Shown: positions 26,203 through 40,065 of the stretch, piece by piece
How positions within the stretch are numbered: position 1 is the stretch's first letter
How the letters are laid out: every line of letters begins with the position of its first letter
Source of the DNA: Octopus sinensis
Lineage: Eukaryota
DNA: 64,000 nt
Assembly (NCBI RefSeq): GCF_006345805.1
Contig: NC_043000.1
Span: 36,146,001-36,210,000 of the forward strand
Direction: 5' to 3'
Translations under genes and position numbers: made by a program
Notes under the pieces: model-generated
The model's database searches: none
What the model saw: the letters and a program-made list of their open reading frames with translations, nothing else
Told to the model about the DNA's origin: nothing

Positions 26203-26229
26203 TTATCTATATATACATACATACATACA

Positions 26230-26265
<36 letters not shown>

Positions 26266-26413
26266 CATCTGTGTGTGTGCGCGTGTGCGTGTCTCATTCT
26301 CTCTGTCTCTCTATCGATCGAGCTATCGATCAACGTGGCTGCTGCCAATTCAGTTAGACCGATACGTGTGTGTGTGTGTATATATAGATATATATATATA
26401 CACAGCACGTATG

Positions 26414-26444
<31 letters not shown>

Positions 26445-26606
26445 ATATATATATACATACGTACATGCATATATATATATATATATATATTAATATAATA
26501 TATACATATATATATATCTATCAATACTATATATAGATATATATACATATATACTACGCTCATACTTATACATATATAATATATATATAATATACATGTG
26601 TAGTAT

Positions 26607-26640
<34 letters not shown>

Positions 26641-26658
26641 ATATATATACACAGCACG

Positions 26659-26693
<35 letters not shown>

Positions 26694-26699
26694 CGTACA

Positions 26700-26754
<55 letters not shown>

Positions 26755-26873
26755 ACATATATATACATATATAACATACGCTCATACTTACACACAAACA
26801 CATATACATATATACATACGCTTTCATTTATACATATATATAATATATATATATATATAAACATGCATGTACG

Positions 26874-26920
<47 letters not shown>

Positions 26921-26970
26921 CACAGCACGTATGTATATATATATATATATTATATATATACATACGTACA

Positions 26971-27025
<55 letters not shown>

Positions 27026-27164
27026 ACATATATATACATATATATACATACGCTCATACTTACACACAAACACATATACATATAACACACTTATTGTGCA
27101 TATAGATAAACGCATATACACAAGCATGTGTGTGTGCGTGTATACTCTCATACAGACATATATG

Positions 27165-27214
<50 letters not shown>

Positions 27215-27234
27215 CATATACATACTATATATAT

Positions 27235-27285
<51 letters not shown>

Positions 27286-27305
27286 AATGTATATATACAT
27301 ATATA
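26118..27305. repeat. Compound (TATC)/(TACA)/(TA)n region with ~250-270-bp higher-order triplication
   Basis: Anchors cacagcacgtatg at about 26401, 26650 and 26921, and acgctcatacttaca at about 26557, 26778 and 27050. Confidence 0.85.
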
Positions 27306-28270
27306 AAGAGAGAAAGAGAGAGAGAGGGAGAGGAGAATTTATAAACGGAATGAGTAGGAGGTGGGGAGAGAAAAAGAATGTATCGGCCGTGTATACTTGC
27401 CTTTAATAATATAATTAAATAAATTTTGTGCTCATGTCTTTAACGACAACAACAAACAAACGGGAAATAAAATGGAAAATAAAAAAAAATATATTAAATA
27501 GCAAAGCAAGATAAACAAAAAAGGAAAACCCCAAAAGAAATTAAATAAAACAGCAAACTAGAACATAAATTGAAAGCAAAATCTGTAGTATATTGAAAGT
27601 AGAAAATTCTAGAAAATGAGAAAAGGCAGTAGAATACAATTTCTTCAATTGAAATCACATGTGCCTCTTCGTTATTAGTAAAAATAATCCTTGAAAAATG
27701 GCGGCTCGGTAACATGAATAGAAAGCTGAAATTACTTTACAATATCATGATTGACAGGAAGAGTAGAGTTGCTGTGTGTATAATTTGTTTAGAATTATTT
27801 TGTATCATAACAACAACATAGTGGTGAGAGGGGGTGATTGTGGCGGTAATGGAGTAGGTGGTGGTGGTAGGAAGGAGGAAATTAATGCTTCCCCATTAAA
27901 AGCGTGGAATGTATTTAAGTGTGTATGCGTGTATGCGGGTGTGTACGTAGGGATGTATGTTTAGTTTGGCTGCAGGTAGGTATATATGTGTGTGCGTGTA
28001 GATATGTATGTATATATGTATGTATGCGCGTGTGTATGTGTATGTAGTACGTACACACGTAGGTAGGTACATATGTCTGTAGATATACACATATAATAAT
28101 TACACTTATAAACATTTATGATATAAACTTCTCTATCTCTGTACATATATATGTATGTGTGTGTGTGTGTGTGCGTGTGTGTGCGTGCGTAATGATCTAC
28201 ACATATACTTACACCGTTTACGCTTTTACTTGTTTCAGTCATTTCACTGCGGCCATGTTATATATATATA

Positions 28271-28348
<78 letters not shown>

Positions 28349-28462
28349 GCATATATACATATGTATATACATGTACGTATACGTATGTATATGTATATAG
28401 ATATATATCTATAATATATATATATATATATTGTGTGGTGTGTGTGTGGTGTGTGTGTGTGT

Positions 28463-28670
28463 GCGAGCTGGCAGAAACGTTAACACGCCGGGCGAAATGC
28501 GTAGCCGTATTTCGTCTGTCGTTACATTCTGAGTTCAAATTCCGCCTTTCATCCTTTCGGGGTCGATAAATTAAGTACCAGTTTCGCACTGGGGTCGATG
28601 TAATCGACTTAATCCCTTTGTCTGTCTTTGTTTGTCCCCCCTGTGTTTAGCCCTTGTGGGTAGTAAAGAA
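28463..28670 (+). mobile_element. Meta-like SINE with internal deletion
   Basis: gcgagctggcagaaacgttaacacgccggg...ttccgcc|tttcatcctttcggggtcgat...gggtagtaaagaaat. Confidence 0.88.
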
Positions 28671-29216
28671 ATATATATATATATATATACACAGACATGC
28701 AGAAAGTAAATAGTCACATATTTCTGATCTAAGCGTTTTAATGTTTTCAGCAGTGTTGAATTTACAATGTAATTAAGCTTTTTTATTCCAGGAGCCATTA
28801 TATTAAACATTTGCGAAGAGTAACATTTTCTTATTATTATCAAAGAATGAATATATATTTTAATTTCTTTTGTGATAACCAGTACTTAACACAACAAAGC
28901 ATATACAAAGCTTTACAGTTTATTTTTGACAATCTTTTTCTAAAAAACTGAAACCGGTCAAGTGATTAAACACCTTTAAAGTTGCATTTTCAAACCTTTT
29001 TTTCATATATATTTCAACTCGTGCGGTACCAAGCAATAAACACAAATAAAACATCCAAGGTATATTTTTCCCTCTGAAGATATTATACTCCGGTCATATA
29101 AATTTTGAAATTTGCTGAATATTTACTGAGTATTAATTGGGGGATGATGTAAGAGATGATGATTAATTTGCTGATAATAATAAGCATTTATTAACTTCCC
29201 AATCACCATTTTCCTC

Positions 29217-29249
<33 letters not shown>

Positions 29250-29254
<5 letters not shown>

Positions 29255-29869
29255 GTGTAGGTTTTTATATACAAAAGAGGTGACCTTACATGCTGGAAAA
29301 GGCAGTTAAAGCCCAAACCACGTATAAGAGTAATTTTAAAAGGGAATGAAAAATAAAAACATTTAAATAGTTTCCCTTATACTCGAGTTTCAGCATCAAT
29401 GTGCAAATAAAATAATTTGCCCTCTGTGCTTCTTCAGTAAGGGCGCTAAAATTAATGCATATTAATTTCCATCCGTATACATTATAATTTTTCAAATCTA
29501 TCGCGCAAACGCAGCTACAATCGGCAGCAAATAATAATGAGAATTAAAACTGTGTACCAAAGTTCTTCAAAATTACAAAATTTTTTCTATGGAAATAAGA
29601 ATGGTAGAAAATTTAGAGAAATATTCTACCGGTGGCCAGCATGCGTAACAAATCCAATAGACAATATATTTTTCTTATAAATTAGTGTACGTTTTTATAC
29701 ACAAAAGAGGTGACCTTCACAGGACAATTTACATCCTGGAAAGGGCATTTAAAGCCCAAACCACGAATAATACAAAAAAGTACACTAATTCATTGAAAAA
29801 TATGTTGTCTATTGACTTTATTACGCATGTTAGCCACCGTCATAATATTTCTCTAAATTTCTATTCTTA

Positions 29870-29920
<51 letters not shown>

Positions 29921-30465
29921 CATGCATACGAGCAAAACGACCTTCGTCCAATGGACGGTGCTGAGTTGTCAAATATTTAAACCAAATTTTCTCAAAACAA
30001 CTTGTCCGACCGTCCCATAGGCCTCCTCTTTGAGAAACACTGATTTAACCTGAATTTGAGACACCAGCAAAAGAAAAAATAAAGATAGACTTTTTTCTAT
30101 TCCAAAGAAAAACAATTTTATTTACACAAATATGCAACCGAAGAGTTTAAAGTATCAGTGATGATAAGGCTGTTGACTGGGAGAACACAAACATGGTTTA
30201 AACAATAAGCTTGGCAGGAAAGAACCTGCCTTTAGACAGTACAAAAACAACAAAAAATGGAAGGTGCAGTTATATACAGATCGACAGAAGAAAAGCAGGA
30301 CAAAAACGGCTTTATCGATCGCATTCTCACCTGGAATCGATTTTTGTAACTTTTTCAAGATTTATACACGCCCTGATACCGTCGGTATCAAATTTGAGCG
30401 CAATCGGATGCCCGAGATCCTAGAAGACACACACACAGACAAACAGAACGAATTTTATATAATTT
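29250..30465 (-). mobile_element. Possible non-autonomous Helitron-like element
   Basis: Minus-strand start tatataaaattcgttctgtttgtctgtgtg resembles the start at 54656; CTAG at about 29252-29255; internal duplication 29253-29326 versus 29683-29770. No clear terminal hairpin. Confidence 0.3.
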
Positions 30466-30619
30466 TTTGAAGTGATGTAGGGATATTGAGCTTTTAGAAT
30501 AATAAAGTAGTCAGAATGATGAATGATTATATATACACTTTTAATTATATTCTCAGCGCCTTTTTCCGTTATCGGATTTATCAAAAATGGTTGGTATTGT
30601 TATTCAAGTCATTGCTTGT

Positions 30620-30681
30620 AATCGAACTTAGAATCTTAGGAGTCAGTATCCAGCGTGCTTAACCACTACGCCATATGTCCG
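30620..30681 (-). mobile_element. tRNA-derived SINE head
   Basis: Reverse complement ggacatatggcgtagtggttaagcacgctgg...agttcgatt carries A-box and B-box-like motifs but no acceptor stem. Confidence 0.55.
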
Positions 30682-30859
30682 TGGGAAATCACAGAGTTAA
30701 TTTTAGGGCCTATAAATCTAATATTTTTCTATCCTTTCTTAATACCGATTCCCATATGCTGTTCATATCTGCACTCGGTCTACTTAGGAGGTTGTTGTGT
30801 CCTAGCATATGTGCTGCTTCTTTCAGTTTTCGTATTTTCCAGTGTTATTCTTTGTCTAT

Positions 30860-31210
30860 TATTTTAACTTCATCCCACTGGGGGAGGTGGTCTCCATTTT
30901 TCCATACATGATCAACTATACCTGATTTATCAATATCTACCCGTGTCACAGCTTTGCGATGTTCGTCTCCCCTTTTTTTTTTTGAGGGGGCGGTATGTTT
31001 CGCCTTTGCATAACCTACCACAGCTGCATGGGAGGGAGTACACGCAGTCTTTGGTCATATTCTCTTCTATTGGTGGTTTGACTCGAAGGAGATATTTGCG
31101 AAGTGAATTCAACTTTTGAATACTGTCCTCATGTCATATGGGCCGCATATCTTTAGTATCTTTTCGGAGAGGCTTTTCACATGGGGTAGACAGACTGTGG
31201 AGAGTTTACT
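30860..31210 (-). pseudogene. Penelope-like element fragment (GIY-YIG endonuclease region, Penelope/Poseidon-like)
   Basis: LPHVKSLSEKILKICGPYDMRTVFK...LRKYLLRVKPP...DCVYSLPCSCGRLCKGETYRPLK, matching the VY.IPC.CG..YIGET.R.L motif. Confidence 0.8.
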
Positions 31211-31219
31211 TTGATTCTT

Positions 31220-31546
31220 TCATTCTTTTATTCTTTTATTTATTTCAGTCATTTGAGTGCAGCCACGCTGGGGCACCGCCTTGATAGGTTTTAGTCGAAA
31301 AAATCGCCCCTAGAAATTATTCATTAAGTCTAGTACTTATTTTGTCGGAGCCTTTTGCCGAACCGCTAAGTTAGGTGGATGTAAACACACCGACGCCTGC
31401 TGTCAAGCAGTGATGGGGGAGGGGGCAAATACAAAGACAGAGACACATGCACACGCGCATACATACATACATACATACATACATACATACATACATACAT
31501 ACACACAAACATACATACATATATATTGTTGTATTTGGGGATGGTC

Positions 31547-31581
<35 letters not shown>

Positions 31582-31752
31582 CATATATACGACGGGCTTT
31601 TTTTCAATTTCCGTCAACAAATCCACTCACAAGGCTTTAGTCGGCCTGAAGCCATAGTAGAAGACACTTGTCCAAGGTGCCACGCTGTGGAACTGAATCG
31701 AAAAACCATGTGGTCGGAAATAAGCTTTTTACCACACAGCCATATTTGCGCC
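31220..31752 (-). mobile_element. OK-like SINE
   Basis: Tail, internal microsatellite and head are all recognisable. Confidence 0.85.
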
Positions 31753-31768
31753 TTTATACATACATTTA

Positions 31769-31888
<120 letters not shown>

Positions 31889-31932
31889 TATGTACACTAC
31901 AATTTGATCTTACCCAAAGGCCGATATATATA

Positions 31933-31987
<55 letters not shown>

Positions 31988-33559
31988 AATACAGACATAA
32001 ATACACATATGGGGCCATATACAAAGTTGTGTTTATATACAAAAGAAAACCATTTGTTGCTTCCAAGTCTTTATCATGTTATCAATTAAGCACTTCATAT
32101 TATGATGCAGTGTAACACGAAATTCGGACACAGATGTTACTCACTTCGTTATTTACTTTATACCCCATTATTCCTCACATTTATAGATAATACGGATCCC
32201 ACAACGTACACGTGCGTGTGTATTAGTATTTACTACCTCCGATGCCATCCAATTATCTCCTTCTTTGTGGTGAATAAACTGGATCAAAGAAATCTATCAC
32301 ATTCTTCATGGACCGGAAGTAGTTTGGCTCAGAGCATCTGTTGACAATCTGCTACAACAAATAATTTAATACAGTAAATTATTGCTTTCATATCTATAGA
32401 ATATAATGACATTTAATAGATGGTGCCAGTCATAGCACCAACATTCTTATCTCGACTTCTGCCAGAAATTTTCCATGAATAGCACTAATGCTATTTTCAT
32501 TCTTCCTACTATTTATTCCAGCCTCACAAACAACCTTCTCTGGTTTCCAAACACCTTGCTGTTTTCACGGTTTTAGAAATAAAGTGAAGATTTGATACAA
32601 GCCCCTAAATAAGATTTATATGATACAACGGTTATTCCTTTTATGAGATTATTTTTCTGGAGGCATCCACAATTATTTTTAGTTATTTCCAAAGAGTGAA
32701 ATCCGTGTAATTTGAAACCGGTGTTATTCGCTTCAAGAAGACAACCAAGTTGTTACAAAACTACGCAATCTCAAACTGCAAATCCAAATGAAATAAGATC
32801 GTTTTACATAAATGCTTTTCTGTAAAATTTTATTTGTTTAGAAATTAAAATATTTATAGCCAAGAATCGAAAACAAATTTCGGATGTAGCTTATTCAGTG
32901 CTTCTATATGGCGGTCACGTGTTCTGAAGCAAACCATATCGTCTGCGACCACTCATTGTATGAATCATTTATTAAGTTTGTCTTTTCTCTCAGTTTCCAT
33001 CAGACATCCTATGCTTTCTAACGCCTCCATTTTAATTTAGTGTTCTTTCCTTTTTCCAGTTTTCTTTTTGAAATTCTGAATTACTCGCTAATTAATAATT
33101 GATGAGTCAAAGAAATAGCAACAAATTGTAGCAGCATTCGAAAATGTTGTTAACACAGAAGAAACACTTCTCTATTTGATAAGTAATTTTATGCAAAACA
33201 GAGCCATTTCCAACACTTGCTCAAATACATTGGTTGATATAATTTAAAACTAGAAATATGGTTTCTAAAGGAAACATTTAACTGCAGAGAACGTATATGC
33301 GTTTTTGGGGAGCTATTTCTACCCGTGGTACCCAACCCTTTTAGTATCCGGGCACGATCCAAGACCTGAGTTTTGTTTTTGTGGGGTGGGGCGCAAAATA
33401 TAAAGTGAAACACAACTGAGTAAATGAAAAAATTATATTTACAAAGAGAAGACGCTCGAGAGCCGCCGGAAGGGTGCCTGAGGGGGGATGCGACCCTGGG
33501 CACCGCTGTTACGAATCAGTAGTCTATAATGTTCATGTAGTACTGTTCCCAATAGGTGA

Positions 33560-33677
33560 ACGCACGGTTGTGTGGCTTAGAAACTCACTTTGCGACATGG
33601 TTTTCAACTGGTCCTCACCCCAAATATTTGTGAATGGATTTGGTATATGGAAACTGAAAGAAGCATTTCGTATATAT

Positions 33678-33761
<84 letters not shown>

Positions 33762-34078
33762 TGTGTGTGGTGTGTGTGTGTGTGTGTGTGCGTGTATATG
33801 TATGTATGTATATATATATACACACACACACATATATGCATATACATATATATATGCATGTATGTATTTGTATGTCTGCGTTTGTCCCCCACCATCGCCT
33901 GACAACCGATGTTGGCGTGTTTACGTACCCGTAACCTACCGGTTCGGCCAAAGAGACCGATAGAATGAGTACTAGGCTTACAAAGAATAAATCATGGAAG
34001 TTGATTTGTTCGACTAAAAGCGGTGCTACTGCATGGCCGCAGTCAAATGGCTGAAACAAATAGAAGAATAAAAGAATA
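33560..34078 (+). mobile_element. OK-like SINE with expanded (TA)/(TG) core
   Basis: ggatttggtatatggaaactgaaag...gcatggccgcagtcaaatggctgaaacaa. Confidence 0.85.
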
Positions 34079-34084
34079 CGACTA

Positions 34085-34375
34085 AGCTGAAGGCTTAGTG
34101 GTTCGAATATACGCCTTAGAATCGTTAGGTTCTGGGTTCGATTCCTGGGGCGCATTATGTCCTTCAGCAAGACACTTTACTTCACGTTGCTTCAGTCCAC
34201 TCAGCTGGCAAAGATGAGTTGCACCAGTATTTCAAAAGAGCCAGCCTTGTCACATTCTGTATCACGTTGAATCTCCTTGAGAACTATGTTAAGGATACGT
34301 GTGTCTGTGGAGTACTCAGCCACTTGCATTTTAATTTGACGAGTAGATTCGGAATAACTGGTACCCTCGTCGTAT
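34085..34375 (+). mobile_element. OR2-like (CORE-type) tRNA-derived SINE
   Basis: ggcttagtggtt...gggttcgattcc...gtccttcagcaagacacttta; 3' half (gccttgtcac...tgtggagtactcagccact) shared with the element at 38855-39239. Confidence 0.7.
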
Positions 34376-34409
34376 ATACGTTGTCATATATAACTGGTCA
34401 TATTTGTGC

Positions 34410-34995
34410 AATTTCGGAGGTCGTCTTTGCCTTTCATCCATACTCGTACTGATTACTCGATAAATTAAGTCTGAGTCGATAAATTAATTACCAGTTGTGT
34501 ACTGGAGTCGATCTAATCAACTGCCTCCTTCCCCAAAATTTTGGACCCTGTGCCTAGAGTAGAAAAGAAAAGAATATCTTTGAGTTCCAAGGCGGCGAGC
34601 TGGCAGAAACGTTAGCAACGCCGGGCGAAATAAATAGCGGTAATTCGTCTGTCTTTATGTTCTGAGTTCAAATTCCGCCAAGGTCGACTTTGCCTTTCAT
34701 CCTTTCGGGGTCGATTAAATAAGTACCAGTTACGCACTGGGGTCGATATATAATCAACTTAATCCGTTTGTCTGTCCTTGTTTGTCCTTTCTGTGTTTAG
34801 CCCCTTGTGGGTAGTAAAGAAATAGGTATTTCCTCTGTCTTTACGTTCTGGGTTCAAATTCTGCCGAGGTCGTTTTTTCCTTTCATCCTTTCGGAGTCGA
34901 TAAAATTAAGTACCAGTTGAGTACTGGGGTCGATCTAATCGACTCGCACTCTCTCCAAGAATTTCGGATCTTGTGCCTGGAGTAGAAAAAAATAT
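34410..34995 (+). mobile_element. Meta-like SINE cluster including a dimer-like copy (34591-34995)
   Basis: Core repeated three times; head-core-tail2-core-tail1 arrangement. Confidence 0.85.
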
Positions 34996-36519
34996 TTTGT
35001 GCAATTTCGTTCTGAGACAGCACTTTCTACAGTATTTACTCGAGTGTGAACGCACTCGCGTAAAAGTCACATCCCTAATTCAGTGATAAATCTTAGGTAA
35101 AAGTTTCCCTCTCATATTCAAACTTGATATCAAGTTTGTCCCTGATTTTTTTCAGTTAAAATCGAGTACAAATCAGTGCGAGTAATGTAGGAGTAAAAGC
35201 AGAGAGTTTAAGTTATTTTACAATGAGTTTAATTCATGTTCAATTCCCTCCGGAGAGGCAAGCTTCACTTTTGTTTCCCTTCTGGAGATAAGAAGAAATT
35301 TTAATGAAATATCTGTTAGTCAAGTAAGGGGCTGATTGAATCACATATGTTTTCGTTTCAATGTCTGTGAAGTTGTATCTGTTAGAAAGCAGTATAATTG
35401 TGTTAGTCGTATGTCCTCACCAGTCTAAATCTAACACTCATTCCTGGCTTCTCTGGTGCTTCTACACAAGAAAATGGTTTCTTAGTTTATTTGCATTACT
35501 CATAAAAGAGATCAATCATTATTCTTTTTGCTGCATGACATTTTAGAAGAGATAAGTAGGTAAACATACAAATAGACATATGGTGTGTGTGTGTGTGCGT
35601 ATACACGTAGATAGATGGATGATAGAGAGTAAGATAGATGGACAGTTAGGTAAATTGATAGATAGATATGTAGATATAACAACGATAAGGAGAAGGTAAA
35701 TACATATGACGAATGTATAAAGGACAGGAAGTGGGTGAGAATGAATAAAAGCGAGAGTGAGAGAGAGAGGGGGTGGGAGAGAATCATAGAAAGAGAGATA
35801 GGTAAATAGATAAGCGATTTATAAAGAATTAAGAAATAAAAATAATATGTAAAATTGAATAAGTCTATAAGAGGGAGAGAGAAACAGATAGAGAGAGAGA
35901 GAGAAAGAGTGGGAGTATGAAGAGTTAGGGTGTATAAGAAGAGAGTGAGAGAAATGAAAGATAGAGGTAAGATCTATATAAATATAGGCCGGCCACTGAA
36001 TAAATGGTACTTATTCTATTTTTGTCATATTCTTCGTTCCTGTCTTGCTTTCTTTCCATCTTTCTTTCCATTATTTATTTTATCCTTTCTTTCGTTGTCC
36101 CTCTCATAAATGACAAATTCTTAGTTGTTGTTTTTATGATTATGATTATTATCATTGTTATTATTTATTTTATTTTTTTTTTGCTTTTCTCTTTTATTTT
36201 TGTTTTAATTCAAAAAATTTGACAGCTTTGCTGATATTTGAGATTAAGAAAACAAATATGTTGACGATGAGGAAGAGCAAGAGTACTAGTGATGGAAAAA
36301 GAAAAAAGAACAGAAAGACAAAAGAAAACTCATACTAAGCAAACATAACCATAAGGAGGAGAGAGAAGAGGAGGAGCAGGAGAAGGAGAAGCAGAATAAG
36401 AAGAAGGAATAACGAGAAGAGGAAGAACAAAATTAAGATGATGATGATGAAGAGGAGGAAAAGGGGAAGGAGGTGGAGATGATCATTTTGTTACAAAGAA
36501 ATGTTACATGTATATATAT

Positions 36520-36579
<60 letters not shown>

Positions 36580-36631
36580 GGCGCAGGCGTGGCTGTGTGG
36601 TAAAGATTTTGCTTCCCAACAACATGGTTGC

Positions 36632-36960
36632 TAACAAAGCAACAAGACTTTTTTGAGTTAAGAAAGTTCCAGGTGTTTGTTGAACTGTCGATGCATACAC
36701 CTGGCTCTGTGCATCTATTCAGCTGAAGAATCACACGTGGCGAATTTTTGGACTGCCTTACAGATCTTCAATGTGCCACTAATCGAATGAAATTGAAGAA
36801 TCTGACTCAATTAATTTTGCTCTTTCACTGTGAAACCGAGTATTTTTAAGTATTTGTGCAAATTTGTTGGTGCATTACCTAATGCACTTTTGATGATGGG
36901 TAGAAAGGAAAAATTCATAATCAGGGTACAAGAGCTGTAAGTTCCTCATTAATTCGTCAT
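36632..36960 (-). pseudogene. 3' end of an R4/Dong-like RLE non-LTR retrotransposon
   Basis: YDELMRNLQLLYPDYEF...GFT.KE...LQFHSISGTLKICK, then a 3' UTR with hairpin ccaggtgt/acacctgg. Confidence 0.65.
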
Positions 36961-37228
36961 ATGTATGTATGTATATATGTACATGTGTATGTATGTGTGT
37001 ATGTGTGTATGTGTGTATGTGTGTGTATATGTATGTATGTTTGTATGTATGTGTGTATGTATGTATGTATGTGTGTGTATGTATGTATGTGTGTATGTAT
37101 GTATGCATGTATGTATGTGTGTATGTATATATATATATATATGTATGTATGTGCGTGTGTATGTATATATGTATATATATATGTATGTATATATGTATAT
37201 ATGTATGTATGTACACCTGTATGTATGC
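36960..37228. repeat. (TATG)n/(TG)n microsatellite
   Basis: Direct reading. Confidence 0.95.
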
Positions 37229-38150
37229 TTGTGTCTTCTTAAATATTCCTAATTTTCTGTTGTTTCCACCATTCGGTCGTGGCCATCGTCTCTAAAAGCG
37301 GGACAGAATTCATAACCATTTCTGTTTTCAATACATTATGAAATATGTCCTTGATGAGGTGGAGCATATTGAATATGGTGAAACATTTAAAGAACATAGT
37401 GATGCGATTCCTGGTTGCCAGATTGAATTGGCTGGAAACAAACAATTTTCTTTACTCTTGTTCATTGAAAATGGTCTCCAAAAGAACATAAACCAATTCA
37501 TAAATTTAAAGGAAAAATAAACAGTTACAGCCATAAATAATAGATTAACCAAGCTATCAACATCTGATGGTGTCAACCATGGTTTTGTATATTTGATATG
37601 GCAAAATATTTTAGTTAAAAAACGTAAAAGAAAAATTTAAAAATGGAAATAATCACGTTTGAATTTCTCTAAGGAAAACTTGTCACATCATTTTTATGTT
37701 AGAAGTGAAATGCTGAAATTTCAGGTGTTAACCCAAGTTATCTAGATGACACCACAGTTGGCAGCTAATCATAGTGTATTTGCGAAGTGCCCATCTTCGA
37801 TAGTTACTATGTGTTTCATAAATTTTCAGTTTCCCATTCGCATTCCAGCTGCGAAATTGTGAAAGAAATTAGTGTTCATGTAAAGAAATGGAAAATGAAA
37901 GTTTTTGGGAAGTATTATCTGGTTAGTTTCATGGTGGTCGATACATCCATCCTTACTGCCAACTGGTTAATATCCGAGCAGTTTTCTTCGAAGAGCTACC
38001 TTCGTGCACAACACTGAATAAAGAATTCTTGGTGTGTCGTACATATCATTTGTATGATTCTGATGGATTTTGAATTCTAGAAGAAATAAGGAAAAAAAGA
38101 ACGCACTGCCTTATTTGTTGAATACTTTGTTTTCCCATAATTTGTCAACA

Positions 38151-38570
38151 GGCGTAGGAGTGGCTGTGTGGTAAGTAGCTTGTTTACCAACCACATGGTT
38201 CCGGGTTCAGTCTCACTGCGTGGCACCTTGGGCAAGTGTCTTCTACTATAGCCTCGGGCCGACCAAAGCTTTGTGAGTGGATTTGGTAGACGGAAACTGA
38301 AAGAAGCCCGTCGTATATATGTATACATATATGTATGCGTGTGTGTGTGTGTGTCTGTGTTTGTCCCCCTAGCATTGCTAGACAACCGATGCTGGTGTGT
38401 TTATGTCCCCGTTACTTAGCGGTTCGGCAAAAGAGACCGATAGAATAAGTACTGGGCTTACAAAAGAATAAGTCCTGGGGTCGAGTTGCTCGATTAAAGG
38501 CGGTGCTCCAGCATGGCCGCAGTCAAATGACTGAAACAAGTAAAAGAATAAAAGAAAGAATAAAAAGAAA
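38151..38570 (+). mobile_element. OK-like SINE, intact full-length copy
   Basis: ggcgtaggagtggctgtgtggtaag (A box)...ggttccgggttcagtctc (B box)...ccttgggcaagt...aaaagaat repeated tail. Confidence 0.93.
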
Positions 38571-38854
38571 TAGGACCTTAATTTATAAGAATTGTATCAG
38601 TCGGAACAAATTGGCTTGTGGTTTTAATTCTTAGTGATGGTCATTTTGTCCATTTTTTTTGTTCCACCATTATTAAGAAATGTTAGCAACTGTTTCGAAC
38701 CACAGCTGAGCAAGTAAACGTAAGATCGCCAGGCAAGGTGGAAGAGATGCATGCTCTGCTAATGTATTGGTCACTTTTGCTTGATGGTGAGACATCTGCC
38801 TTCGATGGGATCAAGACTCAGCTTAACGATGTCGTCCGTTACAATAACTATGCT

Positions 38855-39239
38855 GTGGAAGCACTCCGTCGGTTACGACGATGAGGGTTCCGGTTGATCC
38901 GAATCAACGGAACAGCCTGCTCGTGAAATTAACGTGTAAGTGGCTGAGCACTCCACAGACACGTGCACCCATAACGTAGTTTTCGGGAATATTCAGCGTG
39001 ACACAGAGAGTGACAAGGCCGGCCCTTTGAAATACAGGTACAACAGAAACAGGAAGTAAGAGTGAGAGAAAGTTGTGGTGAAAGAGTACAGCAGGGTTCA
39101 CCACCATCCCCTGCCGGAGCCTCGTGAAGCTTTTAGGTGTTTTCGCTCAATAAACACTCACAACGCCCAGTCTGGGAATCGAAACCGCGATCCTATGACC
39201 GCGAGTCCGCTGCCCTAACCACTGGGCCATTGCGCCTCC
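38855..39239 (-). mobile_element. OR1-like tRNA-derived SINE with a 14-bp TSD
   Basis: Reverse complement ggaggcgcaatggcccagtggttagggcagcgg...ggtttcgattccc; perfect TSD acaataactatgct at 38841-38854 and 39240-39253. Confidence 0.92.
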
Positions 39240-39471
39240 ACAATAACTATGCTACTGAGATGGAGAAGGACATCTTTTCATGCAAGTGACTATCCTGGAG
39301 TGCCGTACGTATTTCTGTTCTCAAATTCTTCCTCTGAGAATGGAGCTCGTTTCTAACAAAGTTACAAAGCTCAATCATTGGAATGTAGATGAGGAAAAAC
39401 AATGTCCTATCTTAAGACTGAAAAACATTCTTGCTTATTTTTACTGTTCCGCTTTCAGATTGTACTTGTCA

Positions 39472-40065
39472 TGCGCAAGTCAGTTGGTCGATTTCTTTTT
39501 CTGTAAACCCTAGCTTATCCAGATTGCCACTCAGGTATTTACTCACAACCAAATGTACCAATTTTTATTGGTAGAATGTGATTTATAATCTGGAGACAGA
39601 CGCCGGGGTTTCTTGTATTGCGCAAGTCAGTTGGTCGATTTCTTTTTCTGTAACCCTAGCTTATCCAGATTGCCACTCAGTATTTACTCACAAAGCCAAA
39701 TGTACCAATTTTTATTGGTAGAAATGTGAATTTATAATCTGGAGACAGACGCCGGGGGTTTCTTGTATTGCGCAAGTCAGTTGGTCGATTTCTTTTTCTG
39801 TAAACCCTAGCTTATCCAGATTGCCACTCAGGTATTTACTCACAAAGCCAAATGTACCAATTTTTATTGGTAGAAATGTGAATTTATAATCTGGAGACAG
39901 ACGCCGGGGGTTTCTTGTATTGCGCAAGTCAGTTGGTCGATTTCTTTTTCTGTAAACCCTAGCTTATCCAGATTGCCACTCAGGTATTTACTCACAAAGC
40001 CAAATGTACCAATTTTTATTGGTAGAAATGTGAATTTATAATCTGGAGACAGACGCCGGGGGTTT
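39472..40065. repeat. ~152-bp tandem repeat (about 3.9 copies) derived from RLE LINE coding sequence
   Basis: Units start at 39472, 39619, 39769 and 39921; the minus strand encodes PDYKFTFLPIKIGTFGFV...LGFTEKEI. Confidence 0.92.

Noticed and set aside
37600-39470. Possible very decayed HERO/NeSL-like LINE remnants (RW...CQLCG)
   Set aside because: Motifs are too short and frames too broken to support without a profile search.
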